64,000 nt of DNA from Cognatiyoonia sp. (lineage in GTDB: Bacteria; Pseudomonadota; Alphaproteobacteria; Rhodobacterales; Rhodobacteraceae). The DNA lies in assembly GCA_042093895.1 (NCBI GenBank), contig JBELEI010000002.1, positions 321,022-385,021 of the forward strand. Direction: 5' to 3'. Below, in pieces: positions 51,091 through 59,924 of the stretch. The first letter of the stretch is position 1, and the number at the start of each line of letters is the position of its first letter. The notes under the pieces were generated by a model that was given only the letters and a program-made list of their open reading frames with translations, was not told where the DNA came from and did not search any database. The position numbers were made by a program, and so were the translations under genes.

Positions 51091-51110
51091 TATCCAAAGC
51101 GCTTTGGATA
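51091..51110. promoter_or_regulatory. LacI-family operator upstream of aglE
   Basis: TATCCAAAGCGCTTTGGATA is a perfect 20-bp palindrome with a central CG, 65 bp upstream of the aglE ATG. Confidence 0.7.
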
Positions 51111-51174
51111 AGTTTGAAGAAGCGATGGACATGAAGGTTGCGCAGACCCACTGCGCATTTGGGAGGATACCATT

Positions 51175-52533
51175 ATGAAGAAGGCACTCTATACAAGTGT
51201 TGGTTTTATTGCGCTTAGTGCGGGTCTGGCTCAGGCTGGCGGCCACTTGGCCTTTACGCCAGGCGAAGGCGATTTTAGCTGGGACGCATATGCGGCCTAT
51301 GCAGAATCAGCGCCTGATTTGTCAGGTCAGACAGTCACGGTCTTTGGGCCTTGGTTGTCACCAGAGGATGACATTTTCCGCTCAGCGATTGCTTACTTTA
51401 CAGAAGCAACTGGTGCGGAAGTAACCTACACAGGGTCTGACGGCTTTGAGCAGCAGATCGTAATCGACGCAGAAGCGGGCTCGCCGCCAAACGTCGCAGT
51501 GTTCCCGCAGCCAGGTTTGGCAGCGAACCTCGCATCTCAGGGCCTCTTGGCGCCTTTGGGCGCAGACGCTGCATCTTGGGTTGCTGACAACTATGCGGCT
51601 GGCTCATCTTGGGTTGATCTTGGCACATACGCGGATGCCAACGGTGATGATCAGTTCTACGGCTTCTTCTACAACGTAAACGTCAAATCATTGGTTTGGT
51701 ACGTTCCAGAGAACTTCGAAGATGCGGGTTACGACATTCCAGACACAATGGAAGACCTTGTAGCGTTGTCCAAGCAGATCATTGCAGACGGTGGCACACC
51801 GTGGTGTATCGGTCTGGGATCAGGTCCAGCGACAGGTTGGCCAGCGACTGATTGGGTAGAAGACATCATGCTGCGCACTCAAAGCCCTGCAGACTACGAT
51901 GCATGGGTGAGCAATGATCTAAAGTTCAACGATCCTAAAGTGATCGAAGCGCTCGAAACTTTCGGCATGTTCGCAAAAGATGATGCGATGGTGTCGGGTG
52001 GATCAGGTGCAGTTGGGTCTACCGACTTCCGTGATAGCCCTGCAGGTCTCTTCACATCACCACCACAATGCTACATGCACAAGCAGGCGTCTTTTATTCC
52101 GGCATTTATGCCAGAAGACGTTGTGATCGGTGAAGACGCAGACTTCTTCTACTTCCCAGCGTTCGAAAGCAAAGATCTGGGTAAACCAGTTCTTGGCGGT
52201 GGTACTTTGATGGCTGTCACAGATGCGTCTGACGCAACAATGGCATTCATGGAATTCCTGCAGCAGCCAATCGCACACGAAGTAATGATGGCTCAGACTG
52301 GTTTCTTGACACCACACGCTGGTGTGAATCTTGATGCCTACAAAGACGCGACGTTGCGTGGTCAGGGTGAAATCCTCCTGAACTCTACTACGTTCCGCTT
52401 TGACGGGTCTGACCTGATGCCGGGTGCAATCGGTGCCGGTACATTCTGGACAGGTATGGTTGACTTTGTCGGCGGCGCATCAGCCGAAGACGTAGCAACA
52501 TCTATCCAGGAAAGCTGGGACGCGATTAAGTAA
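51175..52533 (+). CDS. aglE: alpha-glucoside ABC transporter substrate-binding protein
   Basis: 452 aa with a signal peptide and a family-1 sugar SBP-like sequence. First gene of the E-F-G-A-K order. Confidence 0.82.
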   Translation: MKKALYTSVGFIALSAGLAQAGGHLAFTPGEGDFSWDAYAAYAESAPDLSGQTVTVFGPWLSPEDDIFRSAIAYFTEATGAEVTYTGSDGFEQQIVIDAEAGSPPNVAVFPQPGLAANLASQGLLAPLGADAASWVADNYAAGSSWVDLGTYADANGDDQFYGFFYNVNVKSLVWYVPENFEDAGYDIPDTMEDLVALSKQIIADGGTPWCIGLGSGPATGWPATDWVEDIMLRTQSPADYDAWVSNDLKFNDPKVIEALETFGMFAKDDAMVSGGSGAVGSTDFRDSPAGLFTSPPQCYMHKQASFIPAFMPEDVVIGEDADFFYFPAFESKDLGKPVLGGGTLMAVTDASDATMAFMEFLQQPIAHEVMMAQTGFLTPHAGVNLDAYKDATLRGQGEILLNSTTFRFDGSDLMPGAIGAGTFWTGMVDFVGGASAEDVATSIQESWDAIK

Positions 52534-52551
52534 GCGCATCTAGATGCAAAC

Positions 52552-52584
52552 GTGCTGGCCCGTTCCATGTGGACGGGCCAGCAC
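52552..52584 (+). other. intercistronic stem-loop between aglE and aglF
   Basis: GTGCTGGCCCGT-TCCATGTGG-ACGGGCCAGCAC, a perfect 12-bp stem with no following T tract. Confidence 0.7.
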
Positions 52585-52636
52585 ATTCGGGTCACTGTGA
52601 CCACGCCATATACAAGACTGACAGGGGGGACGAACC

Positions 52637-53644
52637 ATGCATCCTGCAATGCAAGGGCTTTTGACAATCGTAATCGGTGTCAGTGGCTGTATTGGTTACT
52701 TTTACGGCGCGAACGTTTTTCTTGATAAAGTGCTGTTCCCCGCCAAAGGCCCGAATGCGGGCCGCAATATTAACCGCGCAAATCTGATCCGCCCTTGGTT
52801 GTTTTTGATGCCAGCATTGTTGGCGCTTGGCCTCTATTTAGCCTATCCGGTTTTCGCAACGCTGCGCCTTAGTTTCTTGGAACGTTTACCTGGCAATGAG
52901 TATGCATTTGTCGGTTTTGACAATTACACACGCATGTTTGGCGAAGATAAATTCTACGAGGCGCTCGTGAACAACGTGTTATGGCTGATCGTTGTGCCGG
53001 CTGTCTCAACCGGTTTCGGTTTGCTAGCAGCGCAGCTGACCGATCGGCTTCGCTGGGGTAATGTTGCCAAGTCTATTATTTTCATGCCGATGGCGATTTC
53101 ATTCGTTGGTGCGGCGGTGATCTTTAAATTGGTGTATGAAGCCCGTCCGATTGATACAGCACAGATCGGCGTTCTGAATGCGATCTACCTCAGCCTTGGC
53201 GGCGACGAGCCGCAGCAATGGTTGCAGATCCCGTTTTGGAACAATTTCTTTTTGATGGCCGTTTTGATTTGGATCCAAACTGGGTTCGCGATGGTTATTC
53301 TTTCAGCGGCCTTGCGCGGAATTCCTGAGGAAACGGTGGAAGCTGCTATCGTGGATGGTGCGAACCCGTTCCAAATCTTTTTCCGGATCAAGATCCCGCA
53401 GATTATGTCAACGATTGTCGTGGTATGGACAACGATCACGATTGCCACGCTTAAGGTCTTTGACATCGTTTTCGCGATGACCAACGGGCAATGGGAAACG
53501 CAGGTCATGGCTAATTACATGTATGAAAAGCTGTTCCGCGCAAATGATTGGGGAGTTGGCTCGGCCTCTGCGATGATCATCATGCTGATGGTGACACCGA
53601 TCCTCGTTTGGAACGTTTATAACGCCCGTAAGGAGATGCGCTAA
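52637..53644 (+). CDS. aglF: alpha-glucoside ABC transporter permease
   Basis: 335 aa, MalF-type permease with an EAA loop (EAAIVDGANPFQIFFRIKIP). Confidence 0.85.
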   Translation: MHPAMQGLLTIVIGVSGCIGYFYGANVFLDKVLFPAKGPNAGRNINRANLIRPWLFLMPALLALGLYLAYPVFATLRLSFLERLPGNEYAFVGFDNYTRMFGEDKFYEALVNNVLWLIVVPAVSTGFGLLAAQLTDRLRWGNVAKSIIFMPMAISFVGAAVIFKLVYEARPIDTAQIGVLNAIYLSLGGDEPQQWLQIPFWNNFFLMAVLIWIQTGFAMVILSAALRGIPEETVEAAIVDGANPFQIFFRIKIPQIMSTIVVVWTTITIATLKVFDIVFAMTNGQWETQVMANYMYEKLFRANDWGVGSASAMIIMLMVTPILVWNVYNARKEMR

Positions 53645-54798
53645 TGGATGGCTTGGCAGGACGTAAGCCGCTCGTCGTTTGGGCGCTGAATATTTCGGTA
53701 TTGGCTCTGGTTCTCTTATGGATTTTCCCGACTGTTGGGTTGTTCGTTTCGTCATTCCGAACAGGCGATCAAATCACGGCTTCTGGCTGGTGGTCATCAC
53801 TGTTTGCGTCTGAACAGACGATCCAAATTCGTGTCGCGGATCCTGACGATTTTCGCTTTGAGACCAGTGATGGCATTTTCGTCGTCGAGGGGCAGCTGTT
53901 CGAAGACGGTTTGCCTGGCGAAATTACAGCGTTTAGCACTTCGTCCCGGACACCTGGGGCCAATCAACCCGGCGATATATTCGATATGGGCGATGGTGAG
54001 TCACTTCAGTTGAACGCAGATGGCACTTACATCTGGCAAGGCAATGACGACCAAATCTCGGGCAGGGCGCAGCGCGTTTTTGTAAACGCAACTACGCCAC
54101 CAGAGTTCTCACTTAGAAACTATAGCTTTGTTCTGTTTGATGAAGACAATTCAGAGAGCATGGCCAAGGCGTTCTTTAACACACTGACGGTGGTTATTCC
54201 CTCAACGGTAATTCCGATTTTGATTGCCGCTTTTGCTGCCTACGCTCTTGCATGGATGGAGTTCCCAGGACGTGCATTGCTGATTGCCATTATTGTGGGA
54301 CTCTTGGTTGTGCCGTTGCAATTGGCGCTTATTCCGCTGCTTTCACTGCATAACTCGATTGGAATTGGTAAGGGCTACTTAGGGGTTTGGCTCGCACACA
54401 CCGGCTTTGGCATGCCGCTGGCGATCTATCTCTTGCGTAACTACATGGTGGGCCTGCCTCGTGACATCATCGAGAACGCAAAAGTCGATGGTGCTACGGA
54501 TTTCCAAATCTTTACAAAAATCATCTTGCCGTTGTCGTTTCCGGCGCTTGCATCATTCGCAATCTTTCAGTTCCTTTGGACGTGGAATGATTTGCTAGTG
54601 GCGTTGGTGTTCTTGATCGATAGCTCTGGCAATACAACAGTCATGACCAAACAAATCGTGGAGCTTTTGGGCACGCGTGGCGGCGATTGGGAAATTTTGG
54701 CGACCTCTGCCTTTGTTTCAATCGCGGTGCCGCTTTTGGTTTTCTTTGCAATGCAGAAATATCTGGTGCGCGGATTGCTCGCCGGCTCAGTGAAATAG
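53644..54798 (+). CDS. aglG: alpha-glucoside ABC transporter permease
   Basis: 384 aa, MalG-type permease with a large periplasmic loop and an EAA loop (ENAKVDGATDFQIFTKIILP). Confidence 0.85.
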   Translation: MDGLAGRKPLVVWALNISVLALVLLWIFPTVGLFVSSFRTGDQITASGWWSSLFASEQTIQIRVADPDDFRFETSDGIFVVEGQLFEDGLPGEITAFSTSSRTPGANQPGDIFDMGDGESLQLNADGTYIWQGNDDQISGRAQRVFVNATTPPEFSLRNYSFVLFDEDNSESMAKAFFNTLTVVIPSTVIPILIAAFAAYALAWMEFPGRALLIAIIVGLLVVPLQLALIPLLSLHNSIGIGKGYLGVWLAHTGFGMPLAIYLLRNYMVGLPRDIIENAKVDGATDFQIFTKIILPLSFPALASFAIFQFLWTWNDLLVALVFLIDSSGNTTVMTKQIVELLGTRGGDWEILATSAFVSIAVPLLVFFAMQKYLVRGLLAGSVK

Positions 54799-54802
54799 GA
54801 AG

Positions 54803-56455
54803 ATGAAGATGAACAAGGCGGCAGCTGTCACAATCGACAACACCACCGATGCTGATTGGTGGCGTGGAGCAGTCATTTATCAAATTTATCCGCGCAGTTA
54901 CCAGGATAGCACTGGCGACGGTGTCGGCGACTTGGCTGGGATCGTGCAGCGATTGCCCTACATTGCCAGCTTAGGCGTCGACGCGATATGGATTTCACCC
55001 TTCTTTAAGTCTCCGATGAAGGACTTTGGGTATGATGTCAGCGATTATTGTGACGTTGACCCAATGTTTGGAACGATCAGCGATTTCGACCGCGTCGTTC
55101 AAACGGCGCATTCACTAGGTGTGCGCGTTATGATCGACCTCGTGCTTAGTCATACGAGCGATCAGCATCCTTGGTTTGGCGAAAGCCGTGTGTCGCGCGA
55201 CAATGCCAAAAGCGATTGGTATGTTTGGTCTGATCCGAAAGAAGATGGAACGCCGCCAAACAACTGGCTGTCGATCTTTGGTGGGTCAGGGTGGCAATGG
55301 GACACGCGGCGTGAGCAGTACTATTTGCATAACTTCTTGACGTCTCAACCAGATCTAAATTTTCACAACCCACAAGTTCAGGATGCACTGCTGGATGTCG
55401 CAAGATTTTGGTTGGAGCGGGGCGTTGATGGGTTCCGTTTGGACACGATCAATTTTTATGTGCATGATGATCAGCTGCGCGACAATCCACCTTTGCCTGC
55501 GGACAAGCGCAACGCGACGATCGCGCCTTCGGTGAACCCCTATAACCACCAAGAGCATCTATATAGCAAAAACCGGCCTGAAAACCTCGCGTTTTTGCGG
55601 CGCTTACGGTCCGTGATGGAACCCTATGGTGCTGCTGCAGTCGGTGAAGTTGGCGATGCTCAAAGAGGGCTTGAGATCATTGGTGAATACACAGCCGGCG
55701 ATGATCTGATGCAGATGTGCTATGCGTTTGAATTTTTGGCGAACGCGAAGCCGACTGCTCAGGAATTTTCGGATGTCTTGAATAAGTTTGATGATGTTGC
55801 AAGCGATGGCTGGGCTTGTTGGGCGTTTTCGAACCACGATGTGAAACGCCATACGTCCCGTTGGGAGTTGTCGGATGAAGCGCAACGCATGTTCATCATA
55901 CTGATGTTGTGTTTGCGTGGATCCGTTTGCCTGTACCAAGGCGAAGAACTTGGGTTACCTGAGGCTGATGTCGCGTTTGAGGACTTGCAGGACCCATATG
56001 GCATCGAGTTTTGGCCAGAATTTAAGGGTCGTGATGGGTGTCGTACGCCAATGGTTTGGCAGCCAAGCAATTCTTATGGTGGCTTCTCTGACGGGAAAAC
56101 ATGGTTGCCAGTGGCATCTGAACATTTGGCACTATCCGTCGAGGCGCAAGAAGCAGACCCAGATGCGATGCTGCATTTCTATCGTCGCGCGATTGCGTTC
56201 CGCCGCGCACATTCTGTGTTGTCAAAAGGGGCGCACTCAGACGTGAAAGCTGAAGGGGCTGCATTATCCTTCCGTCGCTCGATGGGCGGCGCCGAACTTA
56301 TCTGCGTCTTTAATGTCAGCGATCAAGATGTCGAGGCAAGTTTACCAGCAGGTAACTGGCAGGCAATTGGCAGCGACGTAGGTGCAATACAAACCCAGTC
56401 CTCCACAGGGGTAAAGCTGGGACCGTGGCAAATGTTTTTGGCGCGTAAGCAATAG
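54803..56455 (+). CDS. aglA: GH13 alpha-glucosidase
   Basis: WWRGAVIYQIYPRSYQDS..GDGVGDL, GFRLDTINF, and GEV...FSNHD motifs. Confidence 0.9.
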   Translation: MKMNKAAAVTIDNTTDADWWRGAVIYQIYPRSYQDSTGDGVGDLAGIVQRLPYIASLGVDAIWISPFFKSPMKDFGYDVSDYCDVDPMFGTISDFDRVVQTAHSLGVRVMIDLVLSHTSDQHPWFGESRVSRDNAKSDWYVWSDPKEDGTPPNNWLSIFGGSGWQWDTRREQYYLHNFLTSQPDLNFHNPQVQDALLDVARFWLERGVDGFRLDTINFYVHDDQLRDNPPLPADKRNATIAPSVNPYNHQEHLYSKNRPENLAFLRRLRSVMEPYGAAAVGEVGDAQRGLEIIGEYTAGDDLMQMCYAFEFLANAKPTAQEFSDVLNKFDDVASDGWACWAFSNHDVKRHTSRWELSDEAQRMFIILMLCLRGSVCLYQGEELGLPEADVAFEDLQDPYGIEFWPEFKGRDGCRTPMVWQPSNSYGGFSDGKTWLPVASEHLALSVEAQEADPDAMLHFYRRAIAFRRAHSVLSKGAHSDVKAEGAALSFRRSMGGAELICVFNVSDQDVEASLPAGNWQAIGSDVGAIQTQSSTGVKLGPWQMFLARKQ

Positions 56456-56464
56456 GGGACTGAA

Positions 56465-57556
56465 ATGACTGATCTCAAGCTAACAGATGTGGCCAAGACG
56501 TACGGAACTGACGTCAATGTGCTCAACAATATCAATCTGGATATTAAGCAGGGCGAGTTGATCGTGTTCGTAGGCCCCTCGGGCTGCGGTAAGTCTACAT
56601 TGCTGCGGATGATTGCAGGTCTTGAAAAGATCTCGGGCGGAACGCTGGAGATCGATGGGATGGTTGTTAACGATATGCCACCGGCGCAACGTGGCATTGC
56701 AATGGTTTTCCAATCCTATGCGCTTTATCCGCATATGACAGTGCGCGATAACATGTCGTTTGCCCTAAAAATCGCCAAGAAATCCAAAGAGGAAATTGAT
56801 GCTGCTGTGGACCGCGCAGCCAAAATTTTGCAACTCGATGACTATTTGGATCGCTTGCCGAAAGCGTTGTCTGGTGGGCAACGTCAACGTGTTGCAATTG
56901 GACGTTCGATTGTACGTGATCCTAAGGTTTACCTTTTTGATGAACCCCTTTCGAACCTTGATGCGGCCCTGCGGGTGGCGACACGGATTGAGATTGCGCA
57001 ATTAAAAGAGTCGATGCCCGAAAGCACGATGATTTACGTGACTCACGATCAGGTTGAGGCGATGACGCTGGCGACACGTATTGTCGTTCTTGCAAACAAA
57101 GGGATCGCGCAAGTCGGAACACCGTTGGAGCTGTATGAGCGGCCCGAAAATGAATTTGTGGCCCAGTTTATTGGATCGCCTGCAATGAACCTGTTACCGG
57201 GTGAGATCGTCGCGACCGGTGAACAAACTACCATTGCGCTTGAAGGCGGCGGCGCCGCGATTTCCGCGGTTCCAACGCAGGCTGCGGACAAAGGATTGAA
57301 GGTCAACATTGGTGTACGTCCTGAGGACATGATTGAAACCGATGGTGATGCGTTCATATTTGATGGCAAAGTCAACATTACCGAGGCACTGGGCGAAGTG
57401 ACCTTGCTATATTTTGATCGTGTAGCGGGTGCGGATGCTGTAATCGGAAAACTTCCGGGAATTCATGGCGACCTACGTGGCAAAAGCGTCAAAATGACCG
57501 CGGCCCCTGAGAAGGTCCAAGTTTTCCACAATGGACAGTCGCTTTACTATCGTTAA
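56465..57556 (+). CDS. aglK: sugar ABC transporter ATP-binding protein (MalK/UgpC-like)
   Basis: Walker A GPSGCGKST, signature LSGGQRQR, Walker B YLFDEPLS, and a C-terminal TOBE-like domain. Confidence 0.9.
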   Translation: MTDLKLTDVAKTYGTDVNVLNNINLDIKQGELIVFVGPSGCGKSTLLRMIAGLEKISGGTLEIDGMVVNDMPPAQRGIAMVFQSYALYPHMTVRDNMSFALKIAKKSKEEIDAAVDRAAKILQLDDYLDRLPKALSGGQRQRVAIGRSIVRDPKVYLFDEPLSNLDAALRVATRIEIAQLKESMPESTMIYVTHDQVEAMTLATRIVVLANKGIAQVGTPLELYERPENEFVAQFIGSPAMNLLPGEIVATGEQTTIALEGGGAAISAVPTQAADKGLKVNIGVRPEDMIETDGDAFIFDGKVNITEALGEVTLLYFDRVAGADAVIGKLPGIHGDLRGKSVKMTAAPEKVQVFHNGQSLYYR

Positions 57557-58305
57557 TGGCCAGCAGACATTTGCCTAAGCATCTGATCTGCCGCTTCATC
57601 CGCGGGAAAAAATAACTCGATTTTCAAGTCTTCCAGTGCCTGGTCTGCTGTCGTGCCGAATTGAGCAATTGTGCCAAATAGGGATAGGCGCTGATCCCCA
57701 AAATTGAAAATCGTTGGAATTGCTGGGACATTTGGTTCTGACGGGATTGCGTCTTTTGCTAACAGTTCGGCCGCTGCATCCAGCTCCGGGATGCCGCCTT
57801 GTGCCGCGCTCTCGCTTCGAAGTCGCAGCGCGCTGTGGTGTGCAACTTCGGGCCAGTTTTCAATACTTTCTTGGACAAGCGGATTTTGGATAAGAGCTAA
57901 CATGCTTGTGCCTTCTTGTGCGCCCATCCCGCTAAACAAAAGCCGCGCAGGCGCATTCATGCGTTGGATGACCCACAATTGGTCCAGGGCGATGCCAGGG
58001 TAGGGCGCGTGCCTTTCAAGCGTCCAATCAATCGCCTTCTTGATTGGGGCCATTGCCGCGTCGTCCCAATCTCGTTTCTGATATTTCGGGGCAAAGCCAA
58101 CAGATGTCAGCATTTGGTTTCGAACTTCCAGAGGAATGGAAAGCGCGTCGCCTAAATGGATCACCATCTCGCGGCTTGGGCGAGATCTTCCCGTTTCAAG
58201 GAAAGAGATATGGCGAGAACTCACATTGGCCTCCATCGCGAGGTCGAGTTGGCTGAGGCGTCGTTGATTGCGCCATTGGCGCAGAATATCGGGAAATTGT
58301 TGCAT
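57553..58305 (-). CDS. XRE-family HTH regulator with MmyB-like C-terminal domain
   Basis: 250 aa, RLSQLDLAMEANVSSRHISFLETGRSRPS, followed by an MmyB-like ligand domain. Confidence 0.8.
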   Translation of the reverse strand: MQQFPDILRQWRNQRRLSQLDLAMEANVSSRHISFLETGRSRPSREMVIHLGDALSIPLEVRNQMLTSVGFAPKYQKRDWDDAAMAPIKKAIDWTLERHAPYPGIALDQLWVIQRMNAPARLLFSGMGAQEGTSMLALIQNPLVQESIENWPEVAHHSALRLRSESAAQGGIPELDAAAELLAKDAIPSEPNVPAIPTIFNFGDQRLSLFGTIAQFGTTADQALEDLKIELFFPADEAADQMLRQMSAGH

Positions 58306-58341
58306 GTCTTGAACACTAGATCGTTCAAACCGCCTTGTCAG

Positions 58342-58356
58342 TTACCTGAGAGGTAA
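58342..58356. promoter_or_regulatory. small inverted repeat in the divergent promoter region
   Basis: TTACCT-GAG-AGGTAA between the MmyB-like regulator gene and the divergent membrane-protein gene. Confidence 0.3.
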
Positions 58357-58412
58357 TTGTTTTGACTATCAGCTTTGATGCACATCGGCAGGGAATAGCT
58401 AGGAGAGATAAA

Positions 58413-58847
58413 ATGACACGTGAACAAAAGATCCTTCGTATCAATGCCGACATCATCATTGGTTTTGGGATGCTCTTTGCACTTGCTGCCATTCCGACAG
58501 TTTATGATTGGCTGGCAGTTTTTTTTGATGTTGCACATTGGCCGTTTAACAATGCGCCCGATCAATTGGATCCAACGGGACGATTGATGATTGCGATCTC
58601 CGGTGGTCTCACTGTCGGTTTAGGAGTTATGGTTTGGGCTGTCGCAACGGAAGTTATGCCTGTTGCACCTCTCCAAGGTCGCAAGGTCATTTTGTATTCG
58701 GCCATTGGTTGGTATGTGACGGACTCAACATTCTCTGTTGTTGCAGGATCGCCGGCTAATGTCGTTTTGAACCTGAGTTTTCTTTTGATGATGGTATTGC
58801 CCTTGCAAAGAAAAGGGTCCGCCGAAGCGAACCCTGCAAGGACGTAA
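58413..58847 (+). CDS. hypothetical membrane protein
   Basis: About 144 aa with 4 hydrophobic segments. AGGAGAG RBS before the ATG at 58413. No family recognised. Confidence 0.55.
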   Translation: MTREQKILRINADIIIGFGMLFALAAIPTVYDWLAVFFDVAHWPFNNAPDQLDPTGRLMIAISGGLTVGLGVMVWAVATEVMPVAPLQGRKVILYSAIGWYVTDSTFSVVAGSPANVVLNLSFLLMMVLPLQRKGSAEANPART

Positions 58848-58853
58848 TTTCGA

Positions 58854-59924
58854 TTAGCCCCGACGGCGGCGGCGCCCACCGCGCCCGCCGCTTTCACCAT
58901 CTTTAGGGGGCACGCGGTTCGCTTTGATCCACTCTGCACCACCAGTGTCATTGTCGGTTAAGAAATTGGCAGCACGGATGGCTTCCATTTCCTTGCCTGC
59001 ACGTGGTTTCGTAGATCCCATGCCGAACATCTGAACAAAAGTTTCGTCGTCCATGCCCTCTGGGAGGATAATACCCGCGGCTTCGACTTCTGCTTTCTTT
59101 TCTGCCATCTTTTTAGGTCCGATTGGCAGGGCTACTGGGTTCATGATGGCGGAAGTCATACCCGCTGTCATGGCCATAGGTAGGAATGCATTGTTGATGC
59201 CGTGGCGGTTAGGCAGACCAAACGAGATATTAGATGCGCCACAGGTCGTGTTCACACCGAGTTCCTCGCGCAAACGACGTACTAGGGTAAATACCTGTAG
59301 GCCAGCGGTTCCCATTGCGCCGATGGGCATCACAAGTGGATCAACCACGATGTCATGGGCTGGGATGCCGAAATCGGCGGCGCGTTCGACGATTTTCTTG
59401 GCGACGGCAAAACGCACATCGGGGTCCTCAGAAATACCGGTGTCATCGTTTGAGATTGCGACAACTGGTACATTGTATTTCTTGACCAAAGGCAGAACCA
59501 ATTCCAGGCGCTCTTCCTCGCCCGTAACTGAATTCAGCAAAGGGCGGCCTTCGGCGGCGGCAAGGCCGTTTTCAAGTGCACCAGGAACAGAGCTGTCGAT
59601 GCACAGCGGGCAATCTGTGACTGCTTGTACCTTTTCAACCAATTGGCGCATCAGCTCTGGTTCAACAAAGTTGTTATCCGCGTAGCGCGGGTCTTCGGCC
59701 ATTTTGTTTGAAAATACTGCGCCTGAGTTGATGTCTAGAATGGTGGCACCCGCAGCAACCTGCGCAATTGCGTCGGCCTCGACGCGCGAAAAATCACCGC
59801 GCTCCAGCTCTTCATTCAGAATCTTGCGTCCAGTCGGGTTGATCCGCTCACCGATGACGGCAAAGGGCTGATCAAAGCCGATGATCGCGGTCTTGGTTTT
59901 GGATTCGACAATCGTGCGTGTCAT
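58854..59924 (-). CDS. methyltetrahydrofolate:corrinoid methyltransferase (pterin-binding domain protein, MetH/AcsE/MtrH-like)
   Basis: About 356 aa, FAVIGERINPTGRK...LDINSG..., pterin-binding TIM-barrel-like. C-terminal tail GESGGRGGRRRRRG. The ATG at 59924 is preferred (TAATG junction with the upstream gene). Confidence 0.82.
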   Translation of the reverse strand: MTRTIVESKTKTAIIGFDQPFAVIGERINPTGRKILNEELERGDFSRVEADAIAQVAAGATILDINSGAVFSNKMAEDPRYADNNFVEPELMRQLVEKVQAVTDCPLCIDSSVPGALENGLAAAEGRPLLNSVTGEEERLELVLPLVKKYNVPVVAISNDDTGISEDPDVRFAVAKKIVERAADFGIPAHDIVVDPLVMPIGAMGTAGLQVFTLVRRLREELGVNTTCGASNISFGLPNRHGINNAFLPMAMTAGMTSAIMNPVALPIGPKKMAEKKAEVEAAGIILPEGMDDETFVQMFGMGSTKPRAGKEMEAIRAANFLTDNDTGGAEWIKANRVPPKDGESGGRGGRRRRRG

